Below, piece by piece: positions 53,357 to 63,699 of a stretch of 64,000 bases of DNA. The notes beneath the pieces were generated by a model. It did not search any database, was not told the DNA's origin, and was given only the letters and a program-made list of their open reading frames with translations. The stretch's first letter is position 1. Each line of letters opens with the position of its first letter. Both the position numbers and the translations under genes were made by a program. Origin of the DNA: Candidatus Levybacteria bacterium CG2_30_37_29 (GTDB taxonomy: Bacteria; Patescibacteriota; Microgenomatia; Levybacterales; GWA1-39-11); contig MNYS01000005.1 in assembly GCA_001873215.1 (NCBI GenBank), forward strand, positions 1,367 to 65,366, read 5' to 3'.

Positions 53357-54543
53357 AAAAAAAGAAAATTGCATTTATTTTAGGGATTAGACCTGATCTT
53401 ATTCGTGCAGTTTTAATCGTGAGATTTTTAAAAAAAGCAAAAGATATTGATGTAATTCTTATTTGGTCCGGTCAGAATTACTCAGACAACCTAAAAGGAA
53501 TATTTTTTAGAGAATTTAATGTTCGGAAACCAGACATAGAACTTAACTGTAAAGGGTCAACAGATGCGGAAGTTGTATCAAAACTTACTGCACAGCTATA
53601 TCCCGTCTTTAACAAAATAAAACCGGATGCTGCAATATTTCTAGGAGACACCAACACCGCAATGGGGGCAATTCCAGCTGCACAATTAAATATTCCTATA
53701 ATCCATATAGAAGGTTGTTGGCATTCATATGATTGGAGAATGCCTGAGGAAAAAATTAGAACTATTATAGATCATATCTCTGATGTCATTTATACATACG
53801 AAGAAGAGTATAAAGAAAGAGGAATCGCAGAAGGACTAAACCCGAAAAACATTGTAGTTGTAAGAAATCCAATTGTTGATATTTTAAATGAATTTTATTT
53901 TAGAAAAAAAAATAAATTACAAAAAAAAGCAACCGAAACGTTTTTTTCAACAAGAAATATTAAATTAAAACAATATTTTCTTATGACATGTCACAGAAGA
54001 GAAAATGTTGAAATTAAAAAATCTTTTGAAGTAATTTTAAATCTTATTTCGAATATTAAAAATCCGGTATATTTTCCAGCAAGTTACAGAACTCAAAAAA
54101 TTATAAACGAAAGGAAAATAAAAACTCCAAAGAATTTAATTGTTGTTGATCCAGTAGGATACGAAGAGCTTTTGATTCTCTTAACTAACTCAAAAGCTGT
54201 TATTACCGATTCCGGTACTTTAAATGAAGAAGCCTGTATATTAAATATTCCCTGCATAAATGTCCGAAAAGCAACAGAACGTCCGCAAGTATACGACGTT
54301 CATGCATCTGTAAAATTTGATCCTGACCAACCAAAAAAATACACACCGGAGCTTGTGCTTAAAAAGTTGGAAAAAATTACCGGAACTTCTTGGCCAAATC
54401 CTTTTGGCGACGGAAAATCTTCAAAAAGAATCGCAGAAGATATCATAAAAAGAGTAAGATCAAATAAGCTTAGAGGATTCTTGCCGGAAAATAATCACCT
54501 ACCTATTGAACGGTCATTTATGGAAGATGGTATCAAAATCTAA
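53353..54543 (+). CDS. UDP-HexNAc 2-epimerase family (FnlC/WbjD-like)
   Basis: GIRPD, LGDTN, RMPEE, HRRENV, TDSGT..EE, ERP, PFGDGKSS. Confidence 0.85.
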   Translation: MKKKKIAFILGIRPDLIRAVLIVRFLKKAKDIDVILIWSGQNYSDNLKGIFFREFNVRKPDIELNCKGSTDAEVVSKLTAQLYPVFNKIKPDAAIFLGDTNTAMGAIPAAQLNIPIIHIEGCWHSYDWRMPEEKIRTIIDHISDVIYTYEEEYKERGIAEGLNPKNIVVVRNPIVDILNEFYFRKKNKLQKKATETFFSTRNIKLKQYFLMTCHRRENVEIKKSFEVILNLISNIKNPVYFPASYRTQKIINERKIKTPKNLIVVDPVGYEELLILLTNSKAVITDSGTLNEEACILNIPCINVRKATERPQVYDVHASVKFDPDQPKKYTPELVLKKLEKITGTSWPNPFGDGKSSKRIAEDIIKRVRSNKLRGFLPENNHLPIERSFMEDGIKI

Positions 54544-55255
54544 CATCACTCTTGGAGTTATTATTCCTATGTACAACGAAGAAAAAGTTTCTTCTAAAAC
54601 AGTTGATGAAGTATTAAATATATTAAAAAATATAAAAGTTTCTTCAAGGCTAATTGTAATTGACGACGGAAGTTCTGATAAAACCCCAAATATTTTAAGA
54701 CAAAAGATAAAAAAGTATCCAAAAAATCTTGTAGTTTTAACTCATAAAAAAAACGCTGGGTACGGTGGAGCAACAAAAACAGGAATAAAATATGCTTTAG
54801 ATAATAATATTGAATGGTGTTTACATATGGACTCTGACCTTACAAACCCACCTAGGTATATTATAAAGTTTGTTGAAAAAATATCTAAATCGGTTGATTG
54901 CATAAAAGCATCAAGATATATTAATGGTAGCAAGGTTAAAAACGTTCCTCTTTTTCGCAAAGCAATATCTTTTGTCGGAAATTTTTTTGCGATGTTTTTC
55001 TTTCGTGTGGGTATACACGATTGCACGAACGGATTTAGGATGGTTAGAACAGGTATGTTAAAAGGAATTAAATTTAAGGAAAATAACTTCTCGATAATTC
55101 TTGAAGAATTATATTATTTAAAAAAAAGAGATGCACGCTTTTTAGAGATTCCAAACGTTTTATATGCTAGAACGAATACAACATCTCACTTCAAATACAA
55201 GCCTAAAATTTTTTACGACTATTTCAAATACGCTTTTAAAGCAGCATTTACTTAA
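54527..55255 (+). CDS. GT2, DPM1-like polyprenyl-phosphate glycosyltransferase
   Basis: IPMYNEE, DDGSSD, NAGYGGA, MDSDL, ASRY, DCTNGFR. Confidence 0.88.
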   Translation: MVSKSNITLGVIIPMYNEEKVSSKTVDEVLNILKNIKVSSRLIVIDDGSSDKTPNILRQKIKKYPKNLVVLTHKKNAGYGGATKTGIKYALDNNIEWCLHMDSDLTNPPRYIIKFVEKISKSVDCIKASRYINGSKVKNVPLFRKAISFVGNFFAMFFFRVGIHDCTNGFRMVRTGMLKGIKFKENNFSIILEELYYLKKRDARFLEIPNVLYARTNTTSHFKYKPKIFYDYFKYAFKAAFT

Positions 55256-56312
55256 GCTTATTTTGTTTATGAATCATTAGTTCTTCTTTTATTTCGGGCA
55301 ACTTTAATAATATTTTAGTAACTTCTTTAACATTTAACCTTTTTGTATTTTCAGAAGTGAATGCAATATTTTTTCCTGCATTGGATTTCTTACCTTGATA
55401 AAAATATTTATTATAGTCAAGCCCTTGGCTTTCCGGCGGAATTTTGTAATAGCTTGGCGTATCTACCGCACGCAACAATTCCTCAACTCCAATAAGAGTC
55501 TCATGCATTTTTTCCCCTGCTCTAATACCGACTTGGACGTGCCCTTTCTTATAATTGAAAATTGAGCAAACCGCATCCGCAAGAGTTTCAAGAGTACAAG
55601 CTGGAGATTTTCGTACATACATATATCCATTTTCCCCTTTTACAAGCGCATATAAAACTAAATCTATTGCCTCCGTAAGCGGAAGAAGAAAACGCGTCAT
55701 ATCTTTATTTGTAACAGTCAGGGTTTTATTTTGACGTATTTGATCAATAAAGTACGGAATGACAGATCCTCTTGTATAAAGCACATTGCCATATCTAACC
55801 CCACAAAGAATTGTTTTGTTTTTTTTTGATTCACTTGTTTTTTTAGATTCAGCAATAACTACTTTTTCCATAAGAGCCTTTGTCATTCCAATGACATTAA
55901 TAGGATATACGGCTTTATCCGTACTCAATACAACTACTTTTCTGGCTCCGTTTTTTATGGCCGAATTTATTACATTTTCAGCTCCTAATACATTTGTTTT
56001 CAACGCTTCCATTGGAAAAAATTCACACGTCGGAACCTGTTTAAGTGCAGCTGCATGAAATATATAGTCAACACCCTCTACTACCCTATTCAAACTAGAA
56101 AAATCTCTTACGTCCCCAATAACAAACTTAAGCAATGGACTATCATACATATTTCGCATATCGTGCTGCTTCTTTTCGTCTCTTGAGAAAATAATAATTT
56201 TTTTAGGATGTAACCTTAAAAGGGTTTTTAGCATCTCAGAACCAAAAGACCCTGTACCGCCGGTTATTAAAAATGTTTTACCTTTAATTTTTCCAAGAAC
56301 ACCAGGAATCAT
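55248..56312 (-). CDS. UDP-GlcNAc 4,6-dehydratase/epimerase (FnlA/CapE/WbjB-like)
   Basis: TGGTGSFG, SRDEKKQ, HAAALKQVPTCEFFP, STDKAVYP, RYGNV, GIRAGEK. Confidence 0.9.
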   Translation of the reverse strand: MIPGVLGKIKGKTFLITGGTGSFGSEMLKTLLRLHPKKIIIFSRDEKKQHDMRNMYDSPLLKFVIGDVRDFSSLNRVVEGVDYIFHAAALKQVPTCEFFPMEALKTNVLGAENVINSAIKNGARKVVVLSTDKAVYPINVIGMTKALMEKVVIAESKKTSESKKNKTILCGVRYGNVLYTRGSVIPYFIDQIRQNKTLTVTNKDMTRFLLPLTEAIDLVLYALVKGENGYMYVRKSPACTLETLADAVCSIFNYKKGHVQVGIRAGEKMHETLIGVEELLRAVDTPSYYKIPPESQGLDYNKYFYQGKKSNAGKNIAFTSENTKRLNVKEVTKILLKLPEIKEELMIHKQNKLK

Positions 56313-58873
56313 GGGAAGATTATATCATAATAAGCAGGCTTGGCATAAATAGCTATCGAATCAGGCCCGGCAACAAGTCCAGACATATAATAATTAAGCT
56401 CGTTTCCAAATAACTTGTAAAATTGAGGGCTAGGAAAAAACTCAGCAATTTTTTTATAATTTCTTTTCTCAAGATTGTTAATAAGTTCTTTTTTTATGGA
56501 TTTTTTCTCGTAAAACTTAGCGATTGCCGGATTTGATACTATAACAATATTCGGTAATTCTCGGATTTTTGAATCAATAACAATATATGAATAGCGTAGG
56601 CTTTTGTCATTATTAATATTTTTTTTGTAAAATTCATATAGAATAAAATCTGGAGTAGCCTGATAGACAGGAATGTTTTCTATTCCAATTGTTTCTCCTT
56701 TTTTTATATTTTTATAAATCCAATCTGACGCCAGAGCTTGAGGAGGGATAGTATATTTTAAAATTATCCAAGATCCAGATTCAATAATTTGTAAAAGCAT
56801 TACTAATACTAATATGGGCATCAATATTTTTTTTAATTTGTAGCTTCTTTGCGCAAATATTTTTTTAACAGTCAAACAAATAAATATAATCATCCATGGA
56901 AGTAGTACAAGAGCTCTATTTGCACCAATGTATATACCCAACGGTTGAAAACTTATTGCGAATAATACAAGTGAAACAATCAAAAATACATCTACTCTAT
57001 GACTTACATTTTTTTCTTTATTAAACAACCAACACAAAAGTGACACCAAAATTAGTACGAAAAACGGATGACCAAAAATGGTGGGGAATTGCTGAAAAAT
57101 AAAAAAGCTCAATAAAGAACCATCACCATAGTAGAAATTTTGCGTTGCTGCGGTTGAGCTTAGCACATTAGAACTAATGTATTCATTCATGTTTTGTCCA
57201 AAAAAAAGTAAATCCGGCAGTCCAAAAATCCCAAATGTTGCAAGAAGCATAAGTAACCCCATTCCTAAAACCGGCAATAAACTTTTTTTAAAAGAATAAG
57301 TTTGAAAAAAAATAAATATATATATTGGAATAAGAGGTATTGCACTAACTTTGGTTGAAAGCGCCAACCCACCTACAGTTCCCAACACAACATAGTTTAT
57401 CTTTGATGGTTCCTGAATAAATCGTATCGATAAATAAAGAAAAAGTGATATCCAAAATAGAAGCGCAATATCGTACTTAAAATAATTACTAAGAGATAAA
57501 AAAGCCGGATTAAAAACAAAAAGAAGCACACAAAAAACTTTACTTATTTTCAATCTATTTGATATGAAAAGCATAATTAAAACGGATAATATACCAAATA
57601 AAAGCGTGTTGAATCTTAAAATTTCAAAAATTCTTTCCTGCATTGGCAATAAATCTATGGCAGATTTTATAGAAAAAGGGTTAATAATTTTTAATAAAAC
57701 GAAAGGAATTAAATAAACACCTGAAATAAAAAATTGGAGCATGCTTCCGTTTGCCCCACCTGCAATATTGGGAGTACCGTATTTAAAAACGTGTCTCACT
57801 GATTGCAGCTGATGCCATTCATCCATATGATATGCAAAAGGATGAGATATGCCCGGAATACCCCATTTCAGAACCGATATCATTAACAAAACGTAAACAA
57901 AAAAAATAGTAACAATAAGCATATTTTTTCTAATATTAATCGGCAGCGTATTTATAAAAAAGCGTTTCGTTGCACCAATAGTTGTACCTAAAATAACGGC
58001 TAAATCGGAAATAACTTGAAATGCAGGAAGATAAAAAAAAGCACCTCTTTTGTTTACATATTTATAGTTTTTCCATATTGACCAGACAACGTAAAGACAT
58101 ACAGATAAAGAAAGAAAAAATGCAAGACTAAGAGACTTAGTAATAAAAAGTAAAACTGAAAGATAAAATACGATACTATACCTATAATATATATAAAAAA
58201 CATTTTGGCGAAATATTCCGGCTTCTCCGTCTCCAAATGCAAACCTCGCAAACATTACAAATGTACGCCAAAAAGTTGTTCGAGGAATCCAATAGACAAT
58301 AGCACCCTTTGCAAAGCTAATTTTGATTTTATGTTTTTCTAATGTTTTTGCAAACACATAGTCTTCATTATGAGAATACTCTTGCGGAAATCCACCAAGC
58401 TTTTTCCAAACTTTCTTTCTTAAAGCCATTGATCGTGAAGCTGGTAAAAAATATTCGTTATCTAGCTTGTCGGGCATGACCAAAACGTATGGAACCAAAC
58501 ATTTTTGAAAAAGCGTATTAGCTTTTCCTTCATAATATCCTGCAACAACCTCAGTTTTTTTATCAGTAAACGGTTTTGTAATTTCAGATATCCAATTTTT
58601 ATCCAGAATACATCCTGAATCAGAAATTACAATAATGTCACCGCTTGCTTTACTTATTCCTTCATTTCTTCCGACTGACCGGTTTCCTTTTTTTTCAAAA
58701 ACAACAACTTTAATTTTTTTGTAATCTTTTATTATCTCAACAGTTTTGTCTTTAGACCCACCATCAACAATTATCACTTCATAGGGTTTTTTTGATTGAG
58801 AAGTAATTGAATCGAGAAAAGGTATAATAGTTTTTTCTTCATTATAAACAGTTATTACCAGAGAAGCTTTCAT
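56309..58873 (-). CDS. GT2 glycosyltransferase fused to GT-C-like membrane domain
   Basis: N-terminal TVYNEE, VDGGSKD, SDSGC, NED; C-terminal multi-TM region starting with YHMDE. Confidence 0.8.
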   Translation of the reverse strand: MKASLVITVYNEEKTIIPFLDSITSQSKKPYEVIIVDGGSKDKTVEIIKDYKKIKVVVFEKKGNRSVGRNEGISKASGDIIVISDSGCILDKNWISEITKPFTDKKTEVVAGYYEGKANTLFQKCLVPYVLVMPDKLDNEYFLPASRSMALRKKVWKKLGGFPQEYSHNEDYVFAKTLEKHKIKISFAKGAIVYWIPRTTFWRTFVMFARFAFGDGEAGIFRQNVFYIYYRYSIVFYLSVLLFITKSLSLAFFLSLSVCLYVVWSIWKNYKYVNKRGAFFYLPAFQVISDLAVILGTTIGATKRFFINTLPINIRKNMLIVTIFFVYVLLMISVLKWGIPGISHPFAYHMDEWHQLQSVRHVFKYGTPNIAGGANGSMLQFFISGVYLIPFVLLKIINPFSIKSAIDLLPMQERIFEILRFNTLLFGILSVLIMLFISNRLKISKVFCVLLFVFNPAFLSLSNYFKYDIALLFWISLFLYLSIRFIQEPSKINYVVLGTVGGLALSTKVSAIPLIPIYIFIFFQTYSFKKSLLPVLGMGLLMLLATFGIFGLPDLLFFGQNMNEYISSNVLSSTAATQNFYYGDGSLLSFFIFQQFPTIFGHPFFVLILVSLLCWLFNKEKNVSHRVDVFLIVSLVLFAISFQPLGIYIGANRALVLLPWMIIFICLTVKKIFAQRSYKLKKILMPILVLVMLLQIIESGSWIILKYTIPPQALASDWIYKNIKKGETIGIENIPVYQATPDFILYEFYKKNINNDKSLRYSYIVIDSKIRELPNIVIVSNPAIAKFYEKKSIKKELINNLEKRNYKKIAEFFPSPQFYKLFGNELNYYMSGLVAGPDSIAIYAKPAYYDIIFP

Positions 58874-58952
58874 ATTTTTTGTTTGTAAAATTACATGATA
58901 TTATACCACTGTATTTTTTAGTTTATTAGTATAAAATATTCAAGTATTTAAT

Positions 58953-59843
58953 ATGAGAAATAACAGCAAATGCCCAATTTGTAACTCTAAGAAAACAAGG
59001 GAACTTTATTCTTCAAATATTGATATTTTAAAACTTACTTTCTCTTACACCAGAACGCCTGATAATAATAAGACTTTTAGAGTTGTTAAATGTTGTAATT
59101 GTAGCCATGTCTTTTGCTCCCCTATTCCAAAAATGTTTTACAAAAAATATGAAAAAGTTACGGATAAAGAGTATCTGAAACACAAATTGGCAAGAAAACT
59201 TACTGCACGTGAGGTTTTAAAACTTATTACGAAATACTATTCTTGCGGAAGACTTCTTGACGTTGGATGTGCCACTGGAGATTTTCTTCTTGAAGCAAAA
59301 AAATGTGGATTTTCTGTTGAGGGCCTAGAACTTTCTTCTTGGTCCTCTAAAATTGCAAGAAGCCGAGGACTAAAAATACATAAAAAAACATTACGGGCTC
59401 TTTCAGAAAAAAATAAAAATTCATACGATTTTATAACTATGTGGGGTGTTATTGAACATTTTGAGAATCCAACATCTGAAATGAAATACATAAATAAACT
59501 TTTAAAACCTAATGGAATACTGATACTTTGGACCGGAGATATAAATTCACTTACTAGCAAAATAATGGGTCGCCGTTGGTGGTATTGGCAAGGACAACAT
59601 ATTCAATATTTTACAAAAAATAGCTTAAACTTTCTCGCTTCATTATCTGGCTTTGAAAATATTAAAACACAAATTTACCCTTTCGTTGCCAACTATGAAC
59701 TATTAAATAATTCCTTGAGCAGATACCGACTTCATACCGTCATAATAAAATTTCTATGGCCACTTTTCTTAGTCAGAAAACAAATAATATTACGTTTACC
59801 GGGTGAAATGTTGTGGTTTGGTAAAAAAATATCAAAAAAATAA
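58953..59843 (+). CDS. class I SAM-dependent methyltransferase with N-terminal Cys motifs
   Basis: CPIC...CCNC, LLDVGCATG, VIEH, LLKPNG, HIQYF. Confidence 0.88.
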   Translation: MRNNSKCPICNSKKTRELYSSNIDILKLTFSYTRTPDNNKTFRVVKCCNCSHVFCSPIPKMFYKKYEKVTDKEYLKHKLARKLTAREVLKLITKYYSCGRLLDVGCATGDFLLEAKKCGFSVEGLELSSWSSKIARSRGLKIHKKTLRALSEKNKNSYDFITMWGVIEHFENPTSEMKYINKLLKPNGILILWTGDINSLTSKIMGRRWWYWQGQHIQYFTKNSLNFLASLSGFENIKTQIYPFVANYELLNNSLSRYRLHTVIIKFLWPLFLVRKQIILRLPGEMLWFGKKISKK

Positions 59844-61598
59844 TTTATTTCTTTTAAACAATTGTTTGGTTGATAAAAATATAAGTAAAAATGCTATCCC
59901 GCAAAAAAGTATTAAACTTATTGTTTTTATAAATTTATATGCAAAGATGTCTTCATAATATAGCTCAACGTAGTGAAGACCTGCATTAAGTTTTGCATTT
60001 ATTACTCCTCTTTTTGCGGAATAGATATATATATGCTTATTATCGCTCTTTAAAGTCCAACCGGGAAAATACAATGTATTTTCTTTAATTTCAAGAGATG
60101 TTTTTGCATCTATAATATATGTATGTTGTACAGAAGTTCTTTTTAAGGGAACGACAGTAGCATTTCCAGACAAAATCTCTAAATTTTTAGTTGGAGCATC
60201 CGAAAACCAAAAATTGTTAATATCTGCCCACTTCGTATTCAAAAAATATGCTGTTACTCCTTCATAAGCTGTGCTCTTTGAAAGGTTTTTTTGCAAAAAA
60301 GAATCATTAATATCAACTATTAGCGTCCTGTGCCCCCAATTTAATATTGTTGAACTAATCGTAAACAGAATAATTATATATATTAAAACTTTTTTCCTTC
60401 TTGATTTAGCAAAAGAATATGTAAAATATCCTGCTATAACCGATGTACACAACGAAATGGGCAACAATAATCTTCCTGTTGCCAGAAGCGTTATCAAACT
60501 ATGAAAAATATTCCATATAGGTTTTGATGACGGATGTACGAAAAATAAAAAAGTCGATAAAATAATAATCCAAAAAATATATTGTGGTTTTATGTTTTTT
60601 GGTATTTTATTTTTTGCTAATAAAACAATAGATAAAACTACTACTAATATTTGTGTGTAACCAATAAACAAAGCAAGCTCTCCTCTATGACCTTGAAATA
60701 AAAAACCATAAAGCCAAGGTGAATAAAAAAGACTGACAAAAGGTATGAACCAAATTGCCTGAGGAGGAGCAGGAAAAGTATACTGAGCAAATATTATAAA
60801 AGATACCCAAAGATACGTGGATGATAGCGCACCGAGAAATAACCATAATACACATATGAATATTGATTTATAGCTATTTTTTACTATTTCCATAAATACC
60901 GCATAAATAACTGTAACTGCAAAAATTGGAATAGCGACTAAAGGATGGGCAGCAAATAATAATGCGGTAAAAAAACTAGAAAATACTAAAAATAAGAATT
61001 TTTTTTTATTTATATAAAGAGATAAAAATAAAAAAATAAGAGGAGTAATTGTAAATACAGTCAGCTCTCCTAATGTAGCCCGGAAACTATAATCTACTAA
61101 ATGGTATGGTGAAAATATATAAAAAATACCGGATGTAAAAGCTGCAAGTTTATTTTTTGTAAGTATAAATACCCAAAAATACATAAAAATACCTGATAAA
61201 AAAAATGTCAATCCTAAATAAATTTTCATACTATTAATAAAACTTATTCCCAATAAGTGAAAAAAGGAAATAAAATAGTATGGGAAGTTATAATTAAAAA
61301 TAAATAATGGATTACCATAAGTACCATTTAATTGACCTGCCCAAGAAGGCATAAAATGTCCCTCTACAAGCGAACTGTAAAACGACATAATTCTATAAAT
61401 ATGAATATTGAAATCTCCACTTTCAAAAGTACCAGGACGCAACAGACTAATCAAAGGCAATAATGAAACGAAAATTAATATATATAATAGATTTATTTTT
61501 TTTTGGGGGAAAATAAATTTATAAAATAAAATACAAACTAGCAGAAGTACAGAAAAAAATAAGTTAATAACTATTAAATGATAATTTAAAAAAATCAT
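59832..61598 (-). CDS. GT-C-like membrane protein (PTPS-related/YfhO-like)
   Basis: DFNIHIYR, MPSW...YGNPLFIFNY, PYHLVD...RATLGE, LYFPGW. Confidence 0.8.
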   Translation of the reverse strand: MIFLNYHLIVINLFFSVLLLVCILFYKFIFPQKKINLLYILIFVSLLPLISLLRPGTFESGDFNIHIYRIMSFYSSLVEGHFMPSWAGQLNGTYGNPLFIFNYNFPYYFISFFHLLGISFINSMKIYLGLTFFLSGIFMYFWVFILTKNKLAAFTSGIFYIFSPYHLVDYSFRATLGELTVFTITPLIFLFLSLYINKKKFLFLVFSSFFTALLFAAHPLVAIPIFAVTVIYAVFMEIVKNSYKSIFICVLWLFLGALSSTYLWVSFIIFAQYTFPAPPQAIWFIPFVSLFYSPWLYGFLFQGHRGELALFIGYTQILVVVLSIVLLAKNKIPKNIKPQYIFWIIILSTFLFFVHPSSKPIWNIFHSLITLLATGRLLLPISLCTSVIAGYFTYSFAKSRRKKVLIYIIILFTISSTILNWGHRTLIVDINDSFLQKNLSKSTAYEGVTAYFLNTKWADINNFWFSDAPTKNLEILSGNATVVPLKRTSVQHTYIIDAKTSLEIKENTLYFPGWTLKSDNKHIYIYSAKRGVINAKLNAGLHYVELYYEDIFAYKFIKTISLILFCGIAFLLIFLSTKQLFKRNKLFF

Positions 61599-61631
61599 AA
61601 CACATATAGTCTTTTGTTTTAGTAGTTTTTT

Positions 61632-62423
61632 TTATTTTCTAGCAATTACAAGTAAGTTCGTTCCTTCTTTTTCTTCTTCCTCTACATATTTTACAAATAA
61701 TTTTGTTAAAATATCTACTGCAAATGGCGGACGAAAAACAAACCTTTTTCCTAAAAGAGGATAAAAGAGTTGGGCTGGCCAAGATGTCAGAAGAAAGATA
61801 TCAAATAACTTTGTAACTTTAGGTGTAATAATACTTTGTTGTTTTTCAATAACAAAACCGGCATTTTTAATTTTTTCAATCCATTCTTTTTTTGAAAGCA
61901 ATGTTTGTCTATGAAATATCCTATTATAGCTTTGCGTACACCATTTGCTAAAACTGCCAATGCCTATTTTTTTAAAAAGCGGACGATAAAAAGTATTTAA
62001 ATCAACTTCATCTGTTTCAAGCGTCAAAAAAATTATTCCTCCGGGCCTTAAGACTCTATAACTCTCTTTCAAAAGCTTGTCAGGATGCGTAATATGCTCA
62101 TAGGTGCTAATTGAAAAAATTGAACCAAAAGTATTGTCTGAAAAAGGCATTTCCCGAGCATCCCCAATAACCAAATTTTTATATTTTTTTGTTTTTACAG
62201 TGTTATAAAGATTTTTTGCAAGAATATCTATTCCTACATCAACGGGCTTACCATCTACAAATGCGAGTGCAAACTCTCCAAATCCACAACCTACATCAAG
62301 AATAGGCCGAGGAAGTTTTATTCTGCTTAAATGTTTCGCTTCTACGGATCGCCAAAGAGCAAGTCCTAGTGGAGCAATTTTTAAGTACCTTCTGAAATAA
62401 TATTCTGCTTTTGATTTTGCCAT
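61632..62423 (-). CDS. class I SAM-dependent methyltransferase
   Basis: ILDVGCGFG, STYEHI, RVLRPGG. Confidence 0.88.
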   Translation of the reverse strand: MAKSKAEYYFRRYLKIAPLGLALWRSVEAKHLSRIKLPRPILDVGCGFGEFALAFVDGKPVDVGIDILAKNLYNTVKTKKYKNLVIGDAREMPFSDNTFGSIFSISTYEHITHPDKLLKESYRVLRPGGIIFLTLETDEVDLNTFYRPLFKKIGIGSFSKWCTQSYNRIFHRQTLLSKKEWIEKIKNAGFVIEKQQSIITPKVTKLFDIFLLTSWPAQLFYPLLGKRFVFRPPFAVDILTKLFVKYVEEEEKEGTNLLVIARK

Positions 62424-62517
62424 ATATATATTTTGTCCTGAAAAGCTATCCTAGCAAATATTTGAAAAGGAATCAATTCACACTTCTCGTACCATACCTC
62501 TTCGATGTCTTTAATGG

Positions 62518-63648
62518 TTATCTAAAGTAATAACCCCTATAATCCTTTTTTTTAAAAAACTTTTTAAGTATGCTTACAACGTACCGAATCTCTTTGATAG
62601 ACAAAGCTGAAAACATCGGAAGCGAAAGACTTTCATTCGCAATTCTTTCAGCGTTTGGGAAATCCCCTTTTTTGTAACCAAGTTTTTTAAAAGAAGTCTG
62701 TAAATGAATTGGTATGGGATAATGAATTCCGGATTCAATCCCATTCTTTCTTAAATAGTTAATCAGTTTTTTTCTTTTTTTCGTCTTTACAACGTATAAA
62801 TGATAATTTGGTTTATTATCCTCGTTTCTTTCAATTTTTTTAATTGGAAGATTGGCTAATAAAGAATCATATTCTTCTGCTATTCTAGCTCTACTTTTAT
62901 TTTCCATGTCTAATTTGGATAATTTTACTCTAAGAATAGCTGCTTGTATTGTATCAAGCCGACTATTATACCCGATCATTGTATGATTATTTTTTTCTAT
63001 TTGTCCGTGATTTCTCAAAGCAATTATTTTTTCGAACAAATCTTTTCTTGAAGTAACAATAGCACCTGCATCTCCATATGCACCCAGATTTTTACTTGGG
63101 TAAAAAGAAAAGGCAGCTATATCTCCCAAGCTTCCCGATTTTTTCTTTTTGTACAAACTTCCGTGCGCTTGACAAGAATCTTCAACTACCAAAAGATTGT
63201 GTTTTCTTGCAATTGACAAAATTTTATCCATGTCAGGCATATATCCATATAAATAAACAGGGATTATGGCTCGAGTTTTTTTAGTAATTACTTGTTCTAT
63301 TTTCTCAACGTTTATTTGATGAGTTTGTGAAGATACATCAACCAATACTGGGGAGGCTCCTGCAAGAATAATTGGCGAAACAGTTGCGGTAAATGTCATA
63401 GCCGGCACAATAACTTCATCACCTTTTCCTATTCCTAATGAAATAAGACTAAGAAGAATTGCATCGGTTCCAGACCCAACTCCAACACAATATTTTACAC
63501 CAATATATTTTGCAAACTCTTTTTCAAATTTGCTTACTTCTTTTCCCAATATATAATCCGAGCTTAAAATCACACGACGAATAGCCATATTTATAGCTCG
63601 TGAAACTTTTTTTGGCTGACGTGAGAGGTCTACAAAAGGAACGTTCAT
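62518..63648 (-). CDS. DegT/DnrJ/EryC1/StrS sugar aminotransferase
   Basis: [46 protein letters not shown]. Confidence 0.93.
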   Translation of the reverse strand: MNVPFVDLSRQPKKVSRAINMAIRRVILSSDYILGKEVSKFEKEFAKYIGVKYCVGVGSGTDAILLSLISLGIGKGDEVIVPAMTFTATVSPIILAGASPVLVDVSSQTHQINVEKIEQVITKKTRAIIPVYLYGYMPDMDKILSIARKHNLLVVEDSCQAHGSLYKKKKSGSLGDIAAFSFYPSKNLGAYGDAGAIVTSRKDLFEKIIALRNHGQIEKNNHTMIGYNSRLDTIQAAILRVKLSKLDMENKSRARIAEEYDSLLANLPIKKIERNEDNKPNYHLYVVKTKKRKKLINYLRKNGIESGIHYPIPIHLQTSFKKLGYKKGDFPNAERIANESLSLPMFSALSIKEIRYVVSILKKFFKKKDYRGYYFR

Positions 63649-63699
63649 GAAAACAAAGCTTATTGTATCATGAGCCGATTTCTTATACAATGAGCCTGT

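Noticed and set aside
62424-62517. Possible gene remnant between the aminotransferase and the methyltransferase
   Set aside because: Too short to assign, and adequately explained as a promoter region (minus strand TTGATT-17-TAGGAT).
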